Below, piece after piece: positions 45,979 through 54,367 of a stretch of 55,243 nucleotides of DNA. Position 1 is the first letter of the stretch. Each line of letters opens with the position of its first letter. Under the pieces are notes generated by a model. That model was not told where the DNA came from. It saw only the letters and a list, made by a program, of their open reading frames with translations, and did no database searches. A program made the translations under genes and the position numbers. Source of the stretch: a virus (taxonomy: Duplodnaviria > Caudoviricetes); the IMG/VR virus record IMGVR_UViG_3300025669_000038, positions 1 to 55,243 of that record; one strand, 5' to 3'.

Positions 45979-46314
45979 TCATGCCAACTTCTCGCCATGA
46001 CGATGAGGCCGTGTGGTGTTGTAAGCGATCTTCGCGGCCATAGCCCCTTCGATGTCCAGTCCGTGCTTGCCGGCGTGATCTAACAGGCGAATGATGGCAT
46101 CGGAAATCTCTTCTTCGTGATGACTGAACGCAGGGATCTTGTCAGACGGTGCATCCAGGTCTCCATCACGGTAATGCTCGTAGCACTCTGAAAATTCCGT
46201 GTTGACCAGAGTGAAGATGTCGCCTAGCGAACGATCCTCTTCCCACCAACCCTTCTCAACGGCAATCGCGTGGATGTCATTCTGAAGCTCTAATATGAAT
46301 TTCCTGATCATCAT
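45979..46314 (-). CDS. MazG-like nucleotide pyrophosphohydrolase
   Basis: KGWW, TEFSECYE, EEEISDAIIRLLD, KIAYNTTRPHRHG. Confidence 0.8.
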   Translation of the reverse strand: MMIRKFILELQNDIHAIAVEKGWWEEDRSLGDIFTLVNTEFSECYEHYRDGDLDAPSDKIPAFSHHEEEISDAIIRLLDHAGKHGLDIEGAMAAKIAYNTTRPHRHGEKLA

Positions 46315-46316
46315 TC

Positions 46317-46760
46317 CTAAATCTCCTTCAGCAACGCGGCGAGCTCGCAGCCAGGATTATGTTCCCACAAAGAGCCAGGCGTCTTATCTCTCCCCGCCGC
46401 GCACACCGGACATGCAGATAACACAAAGTCGATCTTCTCAAGCATTTCACGATCCATCACCACCTTGTCTGTCGGCGTCGCCCTAATGGCGAATTCCGCT
46501 TGCTTCGTCAACTCGTGTACGAGGAATCGTGATGGTGTATTGAGCAGGCTTTCTGTGGTCAGGGATGTTGCTGCTGCACATAGTTCCTTCAGTATTGGTC
46601 TGAGAATCGCGTTGTCGATGTTCGCTTTGTTCAGCGCAATCATTATGGCAGCTAGCTCTGCGTGGGCTTGCTTCCTAAACGACTCCATCTCGTCCGGGTT
46701 CGTTTCTGTTGATTCCCCCCCGGCCATCTTGATACATTCACAGATTGTGTCAGCGTTCAT
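46317..46760 (-). CDS. Hypothetical protein with C-terminal CPVC...H..C Zn site
   Basis: Shares LREIE/LEKID-CPxC-H-C module with 47056..47535. Confidence 0.55.
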   Translation of the reverse strand: MNADTICECIKMAGGESTETNPDEMESFRKQAHAELAAIMIALNKANIDNAILRPILKELCAAATSLTTESLLNTPSRFLVHELTKQAEFAIRATPTDKVVMDREMLEKIDFVLSACPVCAAGRDKTPGSLWEHNPGCELAALLKEI

Positions 46761-47059
46761 GGCGACTCCTCTTCAACAACGCGCTCGACGAGCTTCTTGC
46801 CGCAATAGCAACAGAATTTAGCGTCATTGTCGGACGGTGTTCCGTCGATGTACACAAACTCGTGCCCGCAATCCGTTTGCCATGTATCGCAGAAGTCTCC
46901 GAACGGATCTTCTTGCACCCATTCGCACTCGCCATTCTCCTCCAGCAAAGACTCGATGACGCGAATAAGATCATCTGTCTCATCAATCAGGCCGTGGCCT
47001 CGCGCCACTTGATTGCCTCTGGTCTTCTCCAACAGCGGCCTGATGTCTTCTCGTTTCAT
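46757..47059 (-). CDS. Zn-ribbon protein
   Basis: CEW...WQTDCGH...FCCYCGK. Confidence 0.6.
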   Translation of the reverse strand: MKREDIRPLLEKTRGNQVARGHGLIDETDDLIRVIESLLEENGECEWVQEDPFGDFCDTWQTDCGHEFVYIDGTPSDNDAKFCCYCGKKLVERVVEEESP

Positions 47060-47535
47060 GGCGACTCCTCAGAATGTCCGATGTCTTCAGCCGTCATTAG
47101 GACCGTACTCACGTCACGATACAACTCGCTCCACTGCTGCGCTGACATCTCAACCGATGACGTGTCTGCGAAGATGTACTCAAACCTCTCGGCCGCGAAC
47201 ATCCGATGCCATGCGTAGATTCCTTGGGCCTTGTTGCCCAGATGCTCTTCCAACAACAACCAAGCTGCGTGCGGTGTATCCGCGATCACCCAGGCGCTAT
47301 AGCAACCAGCAACCCCTACCCACAATCTGATTTCGCTCATCCCTTCCTCCATCGCCGCATCCTTCAGAGCTTTGTCGATCCAACAGGTAGGACCATGCGT
47401 TTGCGCCAACCCGCAAGCGGGGCACAGCAGGAACAGCCCTGATACCTCGCCATGATCGGTTTCAGGCACACAGTGTTCGATCTCTCGCAGCTTCTCGCCA
47501 TCAACCAGCACCCACTTCAATCTTGGTTCGCTCAT
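47056..47535 (-). CDS. Hypothetical protein, probably two fused genes
   Basis: Internal SD GGAGGAAGGG plus ATG 47340 (MSEIRL). Confidence 0.55.
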   Translation of the reverse strand: MSEPRLKWVLVDGEKLREIEHCVPETDHGEVSGLFLLCPACGLAQTHGPTCWIDKALKDAAMEEGMSEIRLWVGVAGCYSAWVIADTPHAAWLLLEEHLGNKAQGIYAWHRMFAAERFEYIFADTSSVEMSAQQWSELYRDVSTVLMTAEDIGHSEESP

Positions 47536-47910
47536 TCGTTTAACCTCCTCAGATCAGATGGTTCATCCTACCCCTTTTTGGCAAATACCTTCTCAAGACC
47601 CATATAGGCCAGAACAGCATTGTCGCCCCAGCAGCCACATTGTCACCATATTTGTAGTTGCGAGAAGCGTGCCAGATACCTATCGCCAAATATGTAACGA
47701 TTGATACAATGATTCCCGCTGTCATTCGTCCAACTCCTTTCGCTTACAGTCGATCCTGCAGCTTCATCATCAAGACGGCTGCTTCTGACGTAGAACATTT
47801 GAGCAGCTGATAGTTTCCACTAGCATCAACCACTCCGACATAGATGTGTACCACGCCTTTCCTTATCTCCACTGTCACGCTTTGCATGTCGCTCATTCAT
47901 CCTCCCCGCA

Positions 47911-48450
47911 TCACTCATGGCTCTCCTGTTTAACATAGCTCGGCACAACGATACATTCCGAGCAAATCCCTCCTGGGCACGGGCCACCGGCATCGCCTGG
48001 GGTATTAACGCAGAGAGTTCCTTTGATACCTCTCTTCTTCTCAGGATCAGGAGCAACAATCTGGACAGGATGCTCCCCTTTCGCAAGAGGACAGGCATCG
48101 CCATCATGCAGCCAGGTGAACAGCTCAGTCATCAGCCAGTAATCACGGTTGCACTTCTCAGTCTGTTCGTACAGCTCAAACAGCAGATTGCACTTCTCGC
48201 AAGGCCCGACAACAGCCACCCAATTCCTCATAAATAAAACCTCGTGCTCCCCGAACTTACCTACATTCCGACTCCTCATGGCATCGTAACCAACAACCTC
48301 AAGCCTCTGCCCCCGACTTACCTCTAGGGGCGTAGTTGAGTCACGCCCGAATGTTCGCTCGTCTTTCATAGCAACTACTGTTCCGATCGGGAGCTTGTCC
48401 ATCACATATTCCTCCTCGCACATTCTCGTCACGCCAGAAAATTGGCCCAA
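47911..48450 (-). CDS. Cys-rich hypothetical protein
   Basis: Start probably MDKLP after SD GAGGAG. Confidence 0.5.
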   Translation of the reverse strand: MGQFSGVTRMCEEEYVMDKLPIGTVVAMKDERTFGRDSTTPLEVSRGQRLEVVGYDAMRSRNVGKFGEHEVLFMRNWVAVVGPCEKCNLLFELYEQTEKCNRDYWLMTELFTWLHDGDACPLAKGEHPVQIVAPDPEKKRGIKGTLCVNTPGDAGGPCPGGICSECIVVPSYVKQESHE

Positions 48451-48457
48451 TTTTTCT

Positions 48458-49027
48458 TCATGACACAGATTCTACTTCGGCGTCACTGCGATCTCCTGAG
48501 AGGCCCAGAGCACGTTCATGGTGTATTGGGTTGTTTGCGTCGCCGCGAACGCTTGGGGCGGTCATAGGATCTCTGACACCGGCTGTTCTGAGTATGCGGA
48601 GGGCTTCACGAATCTCAAAGTAATACCGGGCCGCGGCACCATCCCCAGCGTATACCGGATCGCCTTGCCCTTCATCTAACACATCGTTATTGGCTACGAA
48701 CAATCCGAGCGCACCAGTTAACGCTCTCGCAACTCGCTCCAGATCGGCTCCTGTCAACTTGTCTTGTGGTTTCGGCCATCCACCATTCTCGTATTTAACT
48801 TCACCGTTGTACACTACGCCACGCGACATGTGAGCCAGCCCTGTGTTATCGAGGGATGATCCATCCAGCGTATTCACGTAGTGGCCACAGTCCAGGCAGA
48901 AGACAACGTACATACTCTTGATTAGGAGATCTAGCTTGCCGTGGACTATTGCTATGGAACCAGCAGGGACATAATTCCTATGAAGGCATACATCCTGCTT
49001 CTCTTGCGGTTTCTGCTCATTCATCAT
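48458..49027 (-). CDS. Hypothetical protein with N-terminal Zn site
   Basis: CLH...CLDCG. Confidence 0.55.
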   Translation of the reverse strand: MMNEQKPQEKQDVCLHRNYVPAGSIAIVHGKLDLLIKSMYVVFCLDCGHYVNTLDGSSLDNTGLAHMSRGVVYNGEVKYENGGWPKPQDKLTGADLERVARALTGALGLFVANNDVLDEGQGDPVYAGDGAAARYYFEIREALRILRTAGVRDPMTAPSVRGDANNPIHHERALGLSGDRSDAEVESVS

Positions 49028-49226
49028 TTATCCTTTCTGCTCTGTCGAGCCTGTCGGCAACGGCCAGTGGAAAAACGCGCCGCGCTCGACGATAGTCGAT
49101 TTGTTCTGTTGGATTCCCATATACATCACCCCTTATTTCGGTTTGATGCGTCCATGCAAAGCGCTATACCGCCGAATACTGAGAAGATGATTACAGCTAT
49201 TCCGAGCAGTCTCCAGAATACGTCCA

Positions 49227-49610
49227 TCATTCCCTCCTTCCTATGTCCGGTCCATCAGCTAACTTCATACAAGCCGCCGCGATCTCTCTCAACAGTATGC
49301 CAGCCTCCTCTCCCTTTCTGCCGGCCTCCTCGAGCCTGACTGCGCGCCATCGTTCTGCGAGAATGTCCTCAACAGTTTGCCAGATGTTCCTACCTTCGCA
49401 CGTCTTCTCTGCTGCTACGACAACATCATCCCACGATCCAAGACGTGTATATACTGCATGGATTTCCGTTGTTGTTGCAATAGTCGTCACCGCGATCGCT
49501 CTCTCGATGCGCTCTCTCATCAAATCTGACGTGCTCGGCTCAGGTCTCAGCTTCTCAAGCGCCTTTATGGCTTCGTGGTATCGTCTGCATTGCTTAGAAA
49601 GGTCCATCAC
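49227..49610 (-). CDS. Hypothetical helical protein
   Basis: Coupled to AbrB-like gene. Confidence 0.55.
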   Translation of the reverse strand: MMDLSKQCRRYHEAIKALEKLRPEPSTSDLMRERIERAIAVTTIATTTEIHAVYTRLGSWDDVVVAAEKTCEGRNIWQTVEDILAERWRAVRLEEAGRKGEEAGILLREIAAACMKLADGPDIGRRE

Positions 49611-49819
49611 TGCGCCCTTGTGATCTTGAGATAGGTTTCGTTGCCGTCCGTCTTCAGCTCAACCCGTGCATCATCTCCAACTCGCAGATTCACGAGATCT
49701 TGAAACGCTGGCGGAATCGTTACCATCGCACTGCCGCCTTGGTCGCGAACCTTGCGGATCTGTCCTGCCTTCTTGTCTTCTGGCTTACTCATTTTCAGCT
49801 CCTCGTTCTGTTGGGGCAC
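49607..49819 (-). CDS. AbrB/MazE/SpoVT-family DNA-binding protein
   Basis: RKVRDQGGSAMVTIPPAF...LNLRVGD-like swapped-hairpin motif. Confidence 0.8.
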   Translation of the reverse strand: MPQQNEELKMSKPEDKKAGQIRKVRDQGGSAMVTIPPAFQDLVNLRVGDDARVELKTDGNETYLKITRAQ

Positions 49820-49849
49820 CGATCCTCCTGAGTTCTGTGTCCATGCTTC

Positions 49850-49882
49850 ATACTACCACGATTCGATAGGTTTGTCAAGAGG
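49850..49882 (-). promoter_or_regulatory. Sigma70-type promoter with CCTCTYGA direct-repeat operator (copy 4)
   Basis: TTGACA-17-TAGTAT with TG extension; CCTCTTGA-CAAA-CCTATCGA; directly upstream of AbrB-like gene. Confidence 0.8.
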
Positions 49883-49901
49883 CCACCTTATGCCTCCCTC
49901 A

Positions 49902-50075
49902 TCATGTTGCCGATGAATGCGAATGCCCCCCGACAGCGATGAGGGGGCCTCCTGCAATCCACCACCATCCAACGAACATCAGCCTGATGCCGCAGACCAT
50001 GACCACGAACCACGCGACTAACCATCGGCTCCTGTTCATGTGCCTTCCAACCCAAGCGTCAACCCTTTTGAACAT
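49902..50075 (-). CDS. Small membrane protein
   Basis: SD GAGGAGG before MFKRVDAW; hydrophobic Trp-rich segment. Confidence 0.5.
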   Translation of the reverse strand: MFKRVDAWVGRHMNRSRWLVAWFVVMVCGIRLMFVGWWWIAGGPLIAVGGHSHSSAT

Positions 50076-50325
50076 GTAGCGCCTCCTCGTATAGAAACGC
50101 CGCCTTCGCTTCGTCTGATAGAACCTTGAACCGCTCCCACATATCCCAGAAACCTTTTGGCGTATTCTTACGTGGATCAAGGTCCGATCTGCGCAATGGC
50201 ATCGGTCCGTGGTAGCGATGCACCTCGAATAGAAACCCGCCGTACTCGTAGATCGGATGGAAGCCGCATACAAAACCATCAGGTACGCCTGGCTTGTCGC
50301 TTTTTAGTCGTAGGCACGGCGCCAC
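50059..50325 (-). CDS. Hypothetical protein (FEVHRYHGP motif)
   Basis: SD GAGGAGGAG; gene packing. Confidence 0.6.
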   Translation of the reverse strand: MAPCLRLKSDKPGVPDGFVCGFHPIYEYGGFLFEVHRYHGPMPLRRSDLDPRKNTPKGFWDMWERFKVLSDEAKAAFLYEEALHVQKG

Positions 50326-50549
50326 TCCTCCTCGAATAGGTCGAGTAGCTCTACAAGAACCGCGTCCGCCTTGGAGGTCAACATGCTAGAGCCAGAACGA
50401 ACGCTCTCGATCTTCTTTCTCACTGGCTTAAGCTTCGCGGTGATGACTTCAATCATCCCTGCATCGTCAAGCCCGCCATCGTGCGTTAAGTTATGCTTGC
50501 CTTCTATCTCTCTGATAGTTGCGACGATCTCACTCGCTATCTTCATCAT
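50304..50549 (-). CDS. Hypothetical protein
   Basis: SD GGGGAGG before MMKIAS. Confidence 0.5.
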   Translation of the reverse strand: MMKIASEIVATIREIEGKHNLTHDGGLDDAGMIEVITAKLKPVRKKIESVRSGSSMLTSKADAVLVELLDLFEEEWRRAYD

Positions 50550-51487
50550 TCCTCCCCATCCGTTTCTTGCTCGATCTCGCTCAGGTCGTGGACGCAATCC
50601 TTGCCCTTGATGATCGAGCTTGACCGCATCAAAACCGTTGGCTTGATCCCTGCTTTCTCAATCATCCTGTCTGCCTCAAGTTCGTCCTTAGCTCTGAACG
50701 TGTGGATCGTCACGTCTCCCACGAGCGCCTTGAAAGGCGACGTCCCGTCTTCGCCCGGATACTTGTTGTTGTACTGTGACCACGCTTCTGCAGGAGGCAA
50801 TTCCGCGAACCATCCGGCGATCTCCTTTAACTCTGAAGCCGGAACGCTGCGGATCTTGTCCAGCACGTGAATCGAAACGCCTTCTGCGATGTCCATGATG
50901 TCAGACATCATCAACGCAACTCGCACCCGCTTCTTGGCCTCTTGACTCGACAGGCCAAGCTCTGACGTAATCTCCAGATAATCGACTGCGGCGTTAACCG
51001 CTTTTGCGATTCCTTTTTCCTTGATCCAACGAATAGTCTCAGCGGCTCCCATTGCGCTTTTACGTTCGGTCGCGAGCTGTGATCTCAGCGTTTTGTACTG
51101 TTCCTCGGTCTGCTTCCACGTCCATTTGTTGTAGAACCACAGTTCGTGTGGCAGCACTTCTATTTCAGATGGCGTGTAGATCACCATCCGGCCACGCTTG
51201 TCTTTGCCGTCCTTGTCGAATCCGTCACCACCATCAGGCTTGCCGGTAGCTCGCTCGAACGCTTCCCACTCCCACAAACCGTTAGGCCGAAATCTAGCGT
51301 GGCAAGCCGAGCATGATGCTTCCACATTTCCTGGCTGATTCAGCACGTGCGATGACAGTAGCCCGCCAATCCCTTGATGAACTCGATGGCTGATCTCTGT
51401 CGCCTTGACTGGCTCTGTGTGCCAGAACTGACATAGGCCGTCTGCGGCCTTCATCACTTTCTTGCGTACTGCTGCACTAACAGCCAT
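50546..51487 (-). CDS. Protein with degenerate N-terminal HNH-like domain
   Basis: VRKKV..ADGLCQFW, EISHRVH, NVEASCSACH. Confidence 0.6.
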   Translation of the reverse strand: MAVSAAVRKKVMKAADGLCQFWHTEPVKATEISHRVHQGIGGLLSSHVLNQPGNVEASCSACHARFRPNGLWEWEAFERATGKPDGGDGFDKDGKDKRGRMVIYTPSEIEVLPHELWFYNKWTWKQTEEQYKTLRSQLATERKSAMGAAETIRWIKEKGIAKAVNAAVDYLEITSELGLSSQEAKKRVRVALMMSDIMDIAEGVSIHVLDKIRSVPASELKEIAGWFAELPPAEAWSQYNNKYPGEDGTSPFKALVGDVTIHTFRAKDELEADRMIEKAGIKPTVLMRSSSIIKGKDCVHDLSEIEQETDGEE

Positions 51488-51496
51488 GGTCCTCCT

Positions 51497-51742
51497 CTAG
51501 GGCGCGGATACGAAGGATGATCCCGTTGGGCGGTGGAATTCATGCCGACTGACTTCCTTCCCTTCACGCATAACTAGAACGTAGCCTACATGGAACTCAC
51601 ACATGTCTCCTTTCTCGACGGGAATGTTCACCTTGTAGTCAATCTGGCCGTTCGTGGTCTGGGCTGTGATCCCGGTGATAGCTCCGCTAAGTCCTACTTT
51701 TCCTTCCTGTACTTTCATCATCCCATCTCCTTTTTTGGTCAC
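51497..51742 (-). CDS. Hypothetical beta-rich protein
   Basis: Gene packing; SD AAGGAG before MMKV. Confidence 0.5.
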   Translation of the reverse strand: MTKKGDGMMKVQEGKVGLSGAITGITAQTTNGQIDYKVNIPVEKGDMCEFHVGYVLVMREGKEVSRHEFHRPTGSSFVSAP

Positions 51743-52053
51743 ACATCGAAGCGCAACTGCCCTTGTTCTGTCGGCGGTTCAATCTTCACAAGCCGATAGT
51801 ACCAATGGATTCCCCGCCGCTCTCTCTCCAACTTCACTCTGGCTAGCCGTTCCGATCCAAGGTAGTAGTCACCATCAGGAAGCTGCTGCCTGATATGCGA
51901 TGTCCGTGTAGACAAAGCGTGAGTCTTCGCGACTTCAGCGAGAGTGCTGCCAATGAACCACCTTCCTAGGCTTTCTTCGAGATGCCGGAAGATCTTCGCA
52001 GTCGCATTCGTTCTGTACGTCCCGTCAGGATTCACCAGCTTGCATACGCTCAT
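51739..52053 (-). CDS. Winged-HTH-like protein
   Basis: KIFRHL...TLAEV...STRTSHIRQQL...YYRL. Confidence 0.5.
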   Translation of the reverse strand: MSVCKLVNPDGTYRTNATAKIFRHLEESLGRWFIGSTLAEVAKTHALSTRTSHIRQQLPDGDYYLGSERLARVKLERERRGIHWYYRLVKIEPPTEQGQLRFDV

Positions 52054-52067
52054 CCGAACACGCTCCT

Positions 52068-52313
52068 TTACTCTCCGGGCGCGTGGTTAAGTACTTTGCC
52101 GCCTAGCGGCGTTCCGCCCATCCATGACCTGCCTCCATGCTTCTCTCTATATGACTTCTCGGCGTCTCTCAACGCGATGTAGTCAATCGGCGGTAATCCA
52201 AGAGACGCTCTGAAAGCATTGAATCCATCCGCAACCTGTTTGCTCTCTGCCAAGACATCGAGAGCAAGATCTTTCACGTATTCTCCGTGGTACCCGTCTT
52301 CTGGAATAGCCAT
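52068..52313 (-). CDS. Hypothetical protein with ArgRS-like N-terminal motif
   Basis: IPEDGYHGEYVKDLA. Confidence 0.5.
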   Translation of the reverse strand: MAIPEDGYHGEYVKDLALDVLAESKQVADGFNAFRASLGLPPIDYIALRDAEKSYREKHGGRSWMGGTPLGGKVLNHAPGE

Positions 52314-52316
52314 TTC

Positions 52317-52505
52317 TCATTCCACCTTTCTCAATGGATCGTAATGCCAGCACGTGGGAATGAGGCAGTGGTATCCGGATCCGCCGTCATCATATTGAAC
52401 ATGCACGTTGTGGAAGCCATCTACTTCGTCAACTGTTCCAACATTGCCGTCATTATCCGCAACTTGATCGCCAACTTTCGGTAAGGACAGATACGGTTTA
52501 TCCAT
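52317..52505 (-). CDS. Small SH3/KOW-like protein
   Basis: PKVGDQV...GTV..V...VHVQYDDG; SD GGAGG. Confidence 0.55.
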   Translation of the reverse strand: MDKPYLSLPKVGDQVADNDGNVGTVDEVDGFHNVHVQYDDGGSGYHCLIPTCWHYDPLRKVE

Positions 52506-52518
52506 CACATCCTCCCTT

Positions 52519-52677
52519 TTACCTGCCCGGCATCTCTTCAATCTCGCGTGTGAAATAGTACGACTCTCTCCCGTCTTTTAGCTGAACGAGCCAAACACAG
52601 CACCTCTCCTCAGGTTGTTCCTTGCCGACAATGATGCCGTAGCCGTCCGCTGTCTTCACTTGTGATCCGATGTTCAT
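52519..52677 (-). CDS. 52-aa SH3-like protein
   Basis: Hand-read; ATGA overlap with loader stop; MNIGSQVKTADGYGIIVG. Confidence 0.55.
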   Translation of the reverse strand: MNIGSQVKTADGYGIIVGKEQPEERCCVWLVQLKDGRESYYFTREIEEMPGR

Positions 52678-53264
52678 TCCGCATCCCTTCTATCATCCCC
52701 GCGCAAAGAAAGCATCTTGCACGACCCTCGCCACCTAGACAGAACTCGATCTCCGTATCTCTTTGCCATCTCTGGAGCGTCAAGATTAGTTGTGACCATG
52801 ATAGGCTTTTCGTTCTCCCATCGATAATCAAAGATTGCCTGCAACGCTACCCAGATGAAGTCGCTGCCAACCTTCTCGTACTCAGTGCCTAGATCGTCGA
52901 TGAATAGAACGTCAGCTGCATTCGCATCTCCAACTGGATCAGTAAAGTCTACAACTGACGACCGGACCGCATTTGCTAGATCATTGGCCTTCCAATAGAC
53001 GTATCTTCGGTAAGGCGAATAGGATTCAAGACCATCCTCCAGTTCTCTCATGACAGGAATGTTAGCAGCCTCTATATCGTTCAGCGTAGAAATGATGATA
53101 TGAGTTTTGCCAGTACCTACTGGACCGCTTATGATGAGTCCGCCTATCTCCTCAGACACGATCTTCTTCGCATGCTCAACGGTTGATTTGTTAGCAGAAT
53201 TCACATTGCACGTTTCTAGAGATACGTTCTTGAACCGCGAGCCAATCTTTGATCCGAGTATCAT
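52674..53264 (-). CDS. DnaC/IstB-like AAA+ helicase loader
   Basis: GPVGTGKT, LFIDDLGTE, DYRW..KPIMVTTNL, RVLSR; start at ATG 53264 after SD GAGGAG. Confidence 0.88.
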   Translation of the reverse strand: MILGSKIGSRFKNVSLETCNVNSANKSTVEHAKKIVSEEIGGLIISGPVGTGKTHIIISTLNDIEAANIPVMRELEDGLESYSPYRRYVYWKANDLANAVRSSVVDFTDPVGDANAADVLFIDDLGTEYEKVGSDFIWVALQAIFDYRWENEKPIMVTTNLDAPEMAKRYGDRVLSRWRGSCKMLSLRGDDRRDAE

Positions 53265-53265
53265 A

Positions 53266-54135
53266 TCACTCCTCGTCGAACTTGAAGTCGTTTGGATCTC
53301 TGGTTTTCGATCTGTTCGGTTCGCCGTTACGGGATGGCTTCTTCGGCTTATCCCAGTCTTCCCAGTGACGATCCGGCCCAATGAATGTCGCCGCTCGCTT
53401 GATGAACTTAGGCTCAGCACCATCAGCGATACAGAACTCACGGTAATGCTTGGCCGCTTGAATGATTACAGATGGATCAACTGGCTTGTGGCCGTTCTCT
53501 TTCCCTGGGCGTCCATTCACAGTTGTAGTCGTCCATGCCTTTCGCGCCTTCGTCTTTTCTTCGCTGCGCTTCATTGCCAAGAATTCTTTCCAGAAGACTT
53601 CAAAGAGATCAGTCGAACCTTTTTCGACCAATAGTTTCTTTGGGTCTGGGTCTAGTCTTGTCTGGGTCTTGTCTGGGTCTAGGTCTAGAGGTACGTTTAC
53701 GGTACGTTTACGGTACGTAGACGTTACGTATTCTGAAAGTGCCTGTTCTTCTAGGTTTGAAGGCTCTCTCGGGAACCTATCATCAGGTGCTATGTCCTTC
53801 CTGAATCTCCTCCGTGAATTGATCAAATGGAGGTATTCTGTACCATTAACGGAATAGGTTGCTGCGATAGGTCCGACCGTACACGTAACGAGTTCGTTAC
53901 GCCAACGGGCCGTTTCCGTTACGTTTATCTCGCCATTAGACCAACGATGAGGAAACAGCGTAGCCAACAGCATTTTAGGATCAGCGTAGTAGTTGCCATA
54001 ATCGTCAGCCTGGGCTATAAGGCGGGTGAAAAGAGTCTCTGCGCCAAGCGACAGCGCATTGACCTTCTCGCTGAATGGATAGGATTTGAGTAGTGGATTC
54101 CATGGTTCGCGTTTTGTGGTACCTTTCGCTGGCAT
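53266..54135 (-). CDS. Replication initiator (replisome organiser)
   Basis: LFTRLIAQADDYG, FEVFWKEF, FIKRAATFIG..W motifs; upstream of loader. Confidence 0.8.
   Translation of the reverse strand: MPAKGTTKREPWNPLLKSYPFSEKVNALSLGAETLFTRLIAQADDYGNYYADPKMLLATLFPHRWSNGEINVTETARWRNELVTCTVGPIAATYSVNGTEYLHLINSRRRFRKDIAPDDRFPREPSNLEEQALSEYVTSTYRKRTVNVPLDLDPDKTQTRLDPDPKKLLVEKGSTDLFEVFWKEFLAMKRSEEKTKARKAWTTTTVNGRPGKENGHKPVDPSVIIQAAKHYREFCIADGAEPKFIKRAATFIGPDRHWEDWDKPKKPSRNGEPNRSKTRDPNDFKFDEE
53641..53730. repeat. Iteron-like repeats, putative replication origin inside the initiator gene
   Basis: GGTACGTTTAC x2 plus GGTACGTAGAC in tandem; GTCTGGGTCT x3. Confidence 0.6.
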
Positions 54136-54143
54136 TCCTTCAT

Positions 54144-54222
54144 CTCCCCTTTGGATAAGAGTGTGTGGGACGGCCTGCCTTCCAAAGACAGGCGCTGGCG
54201 CCTAGGTCAAGCCGCCCCACTA
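54144..54222 (-). promoter_or_regulatory. Structured 5' leader of the replication initiator
   Basis: 13-bp closing stem 54165-54177/54208-54220, inner hairpin; CUUUGGA complementary to UCCAAAG abutting the SD. Confidence 0.6.
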
Positions 54223-54227
54223 CCACA

Positions 54228-54256
54228 ATTATAGCATCCTACACGCTAGAATCCAA
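54228..54256 (-). promoter_or_regulatory. Promoter of the replication genes
   Basis: TTGGAT-17-TATAAT with TG extension. Confidence 0.7.
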
Positions 54257-54367
54257 TATCCAAACCGCGACATAGAACACGGCCACCACCTCGTAGGGCG
54301 AACGCCCCCAACCGCCAAGGGGCGTCCATGTGTGCGGAAGTCAAACATCGGCGGTTGATTTGTGTGC

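Noticed and set aside
47565-47598. Fifth operator-type promoter
   Set aside because: -10 TAGGAT is present, but the TTGAGA spacing is 20 nt and the direct repeat is absent
49227-49819. MazEF/VapBC toxin-antitoxin pair
   Set aside because: The downstream ORF shows no PIN or MazF motifs
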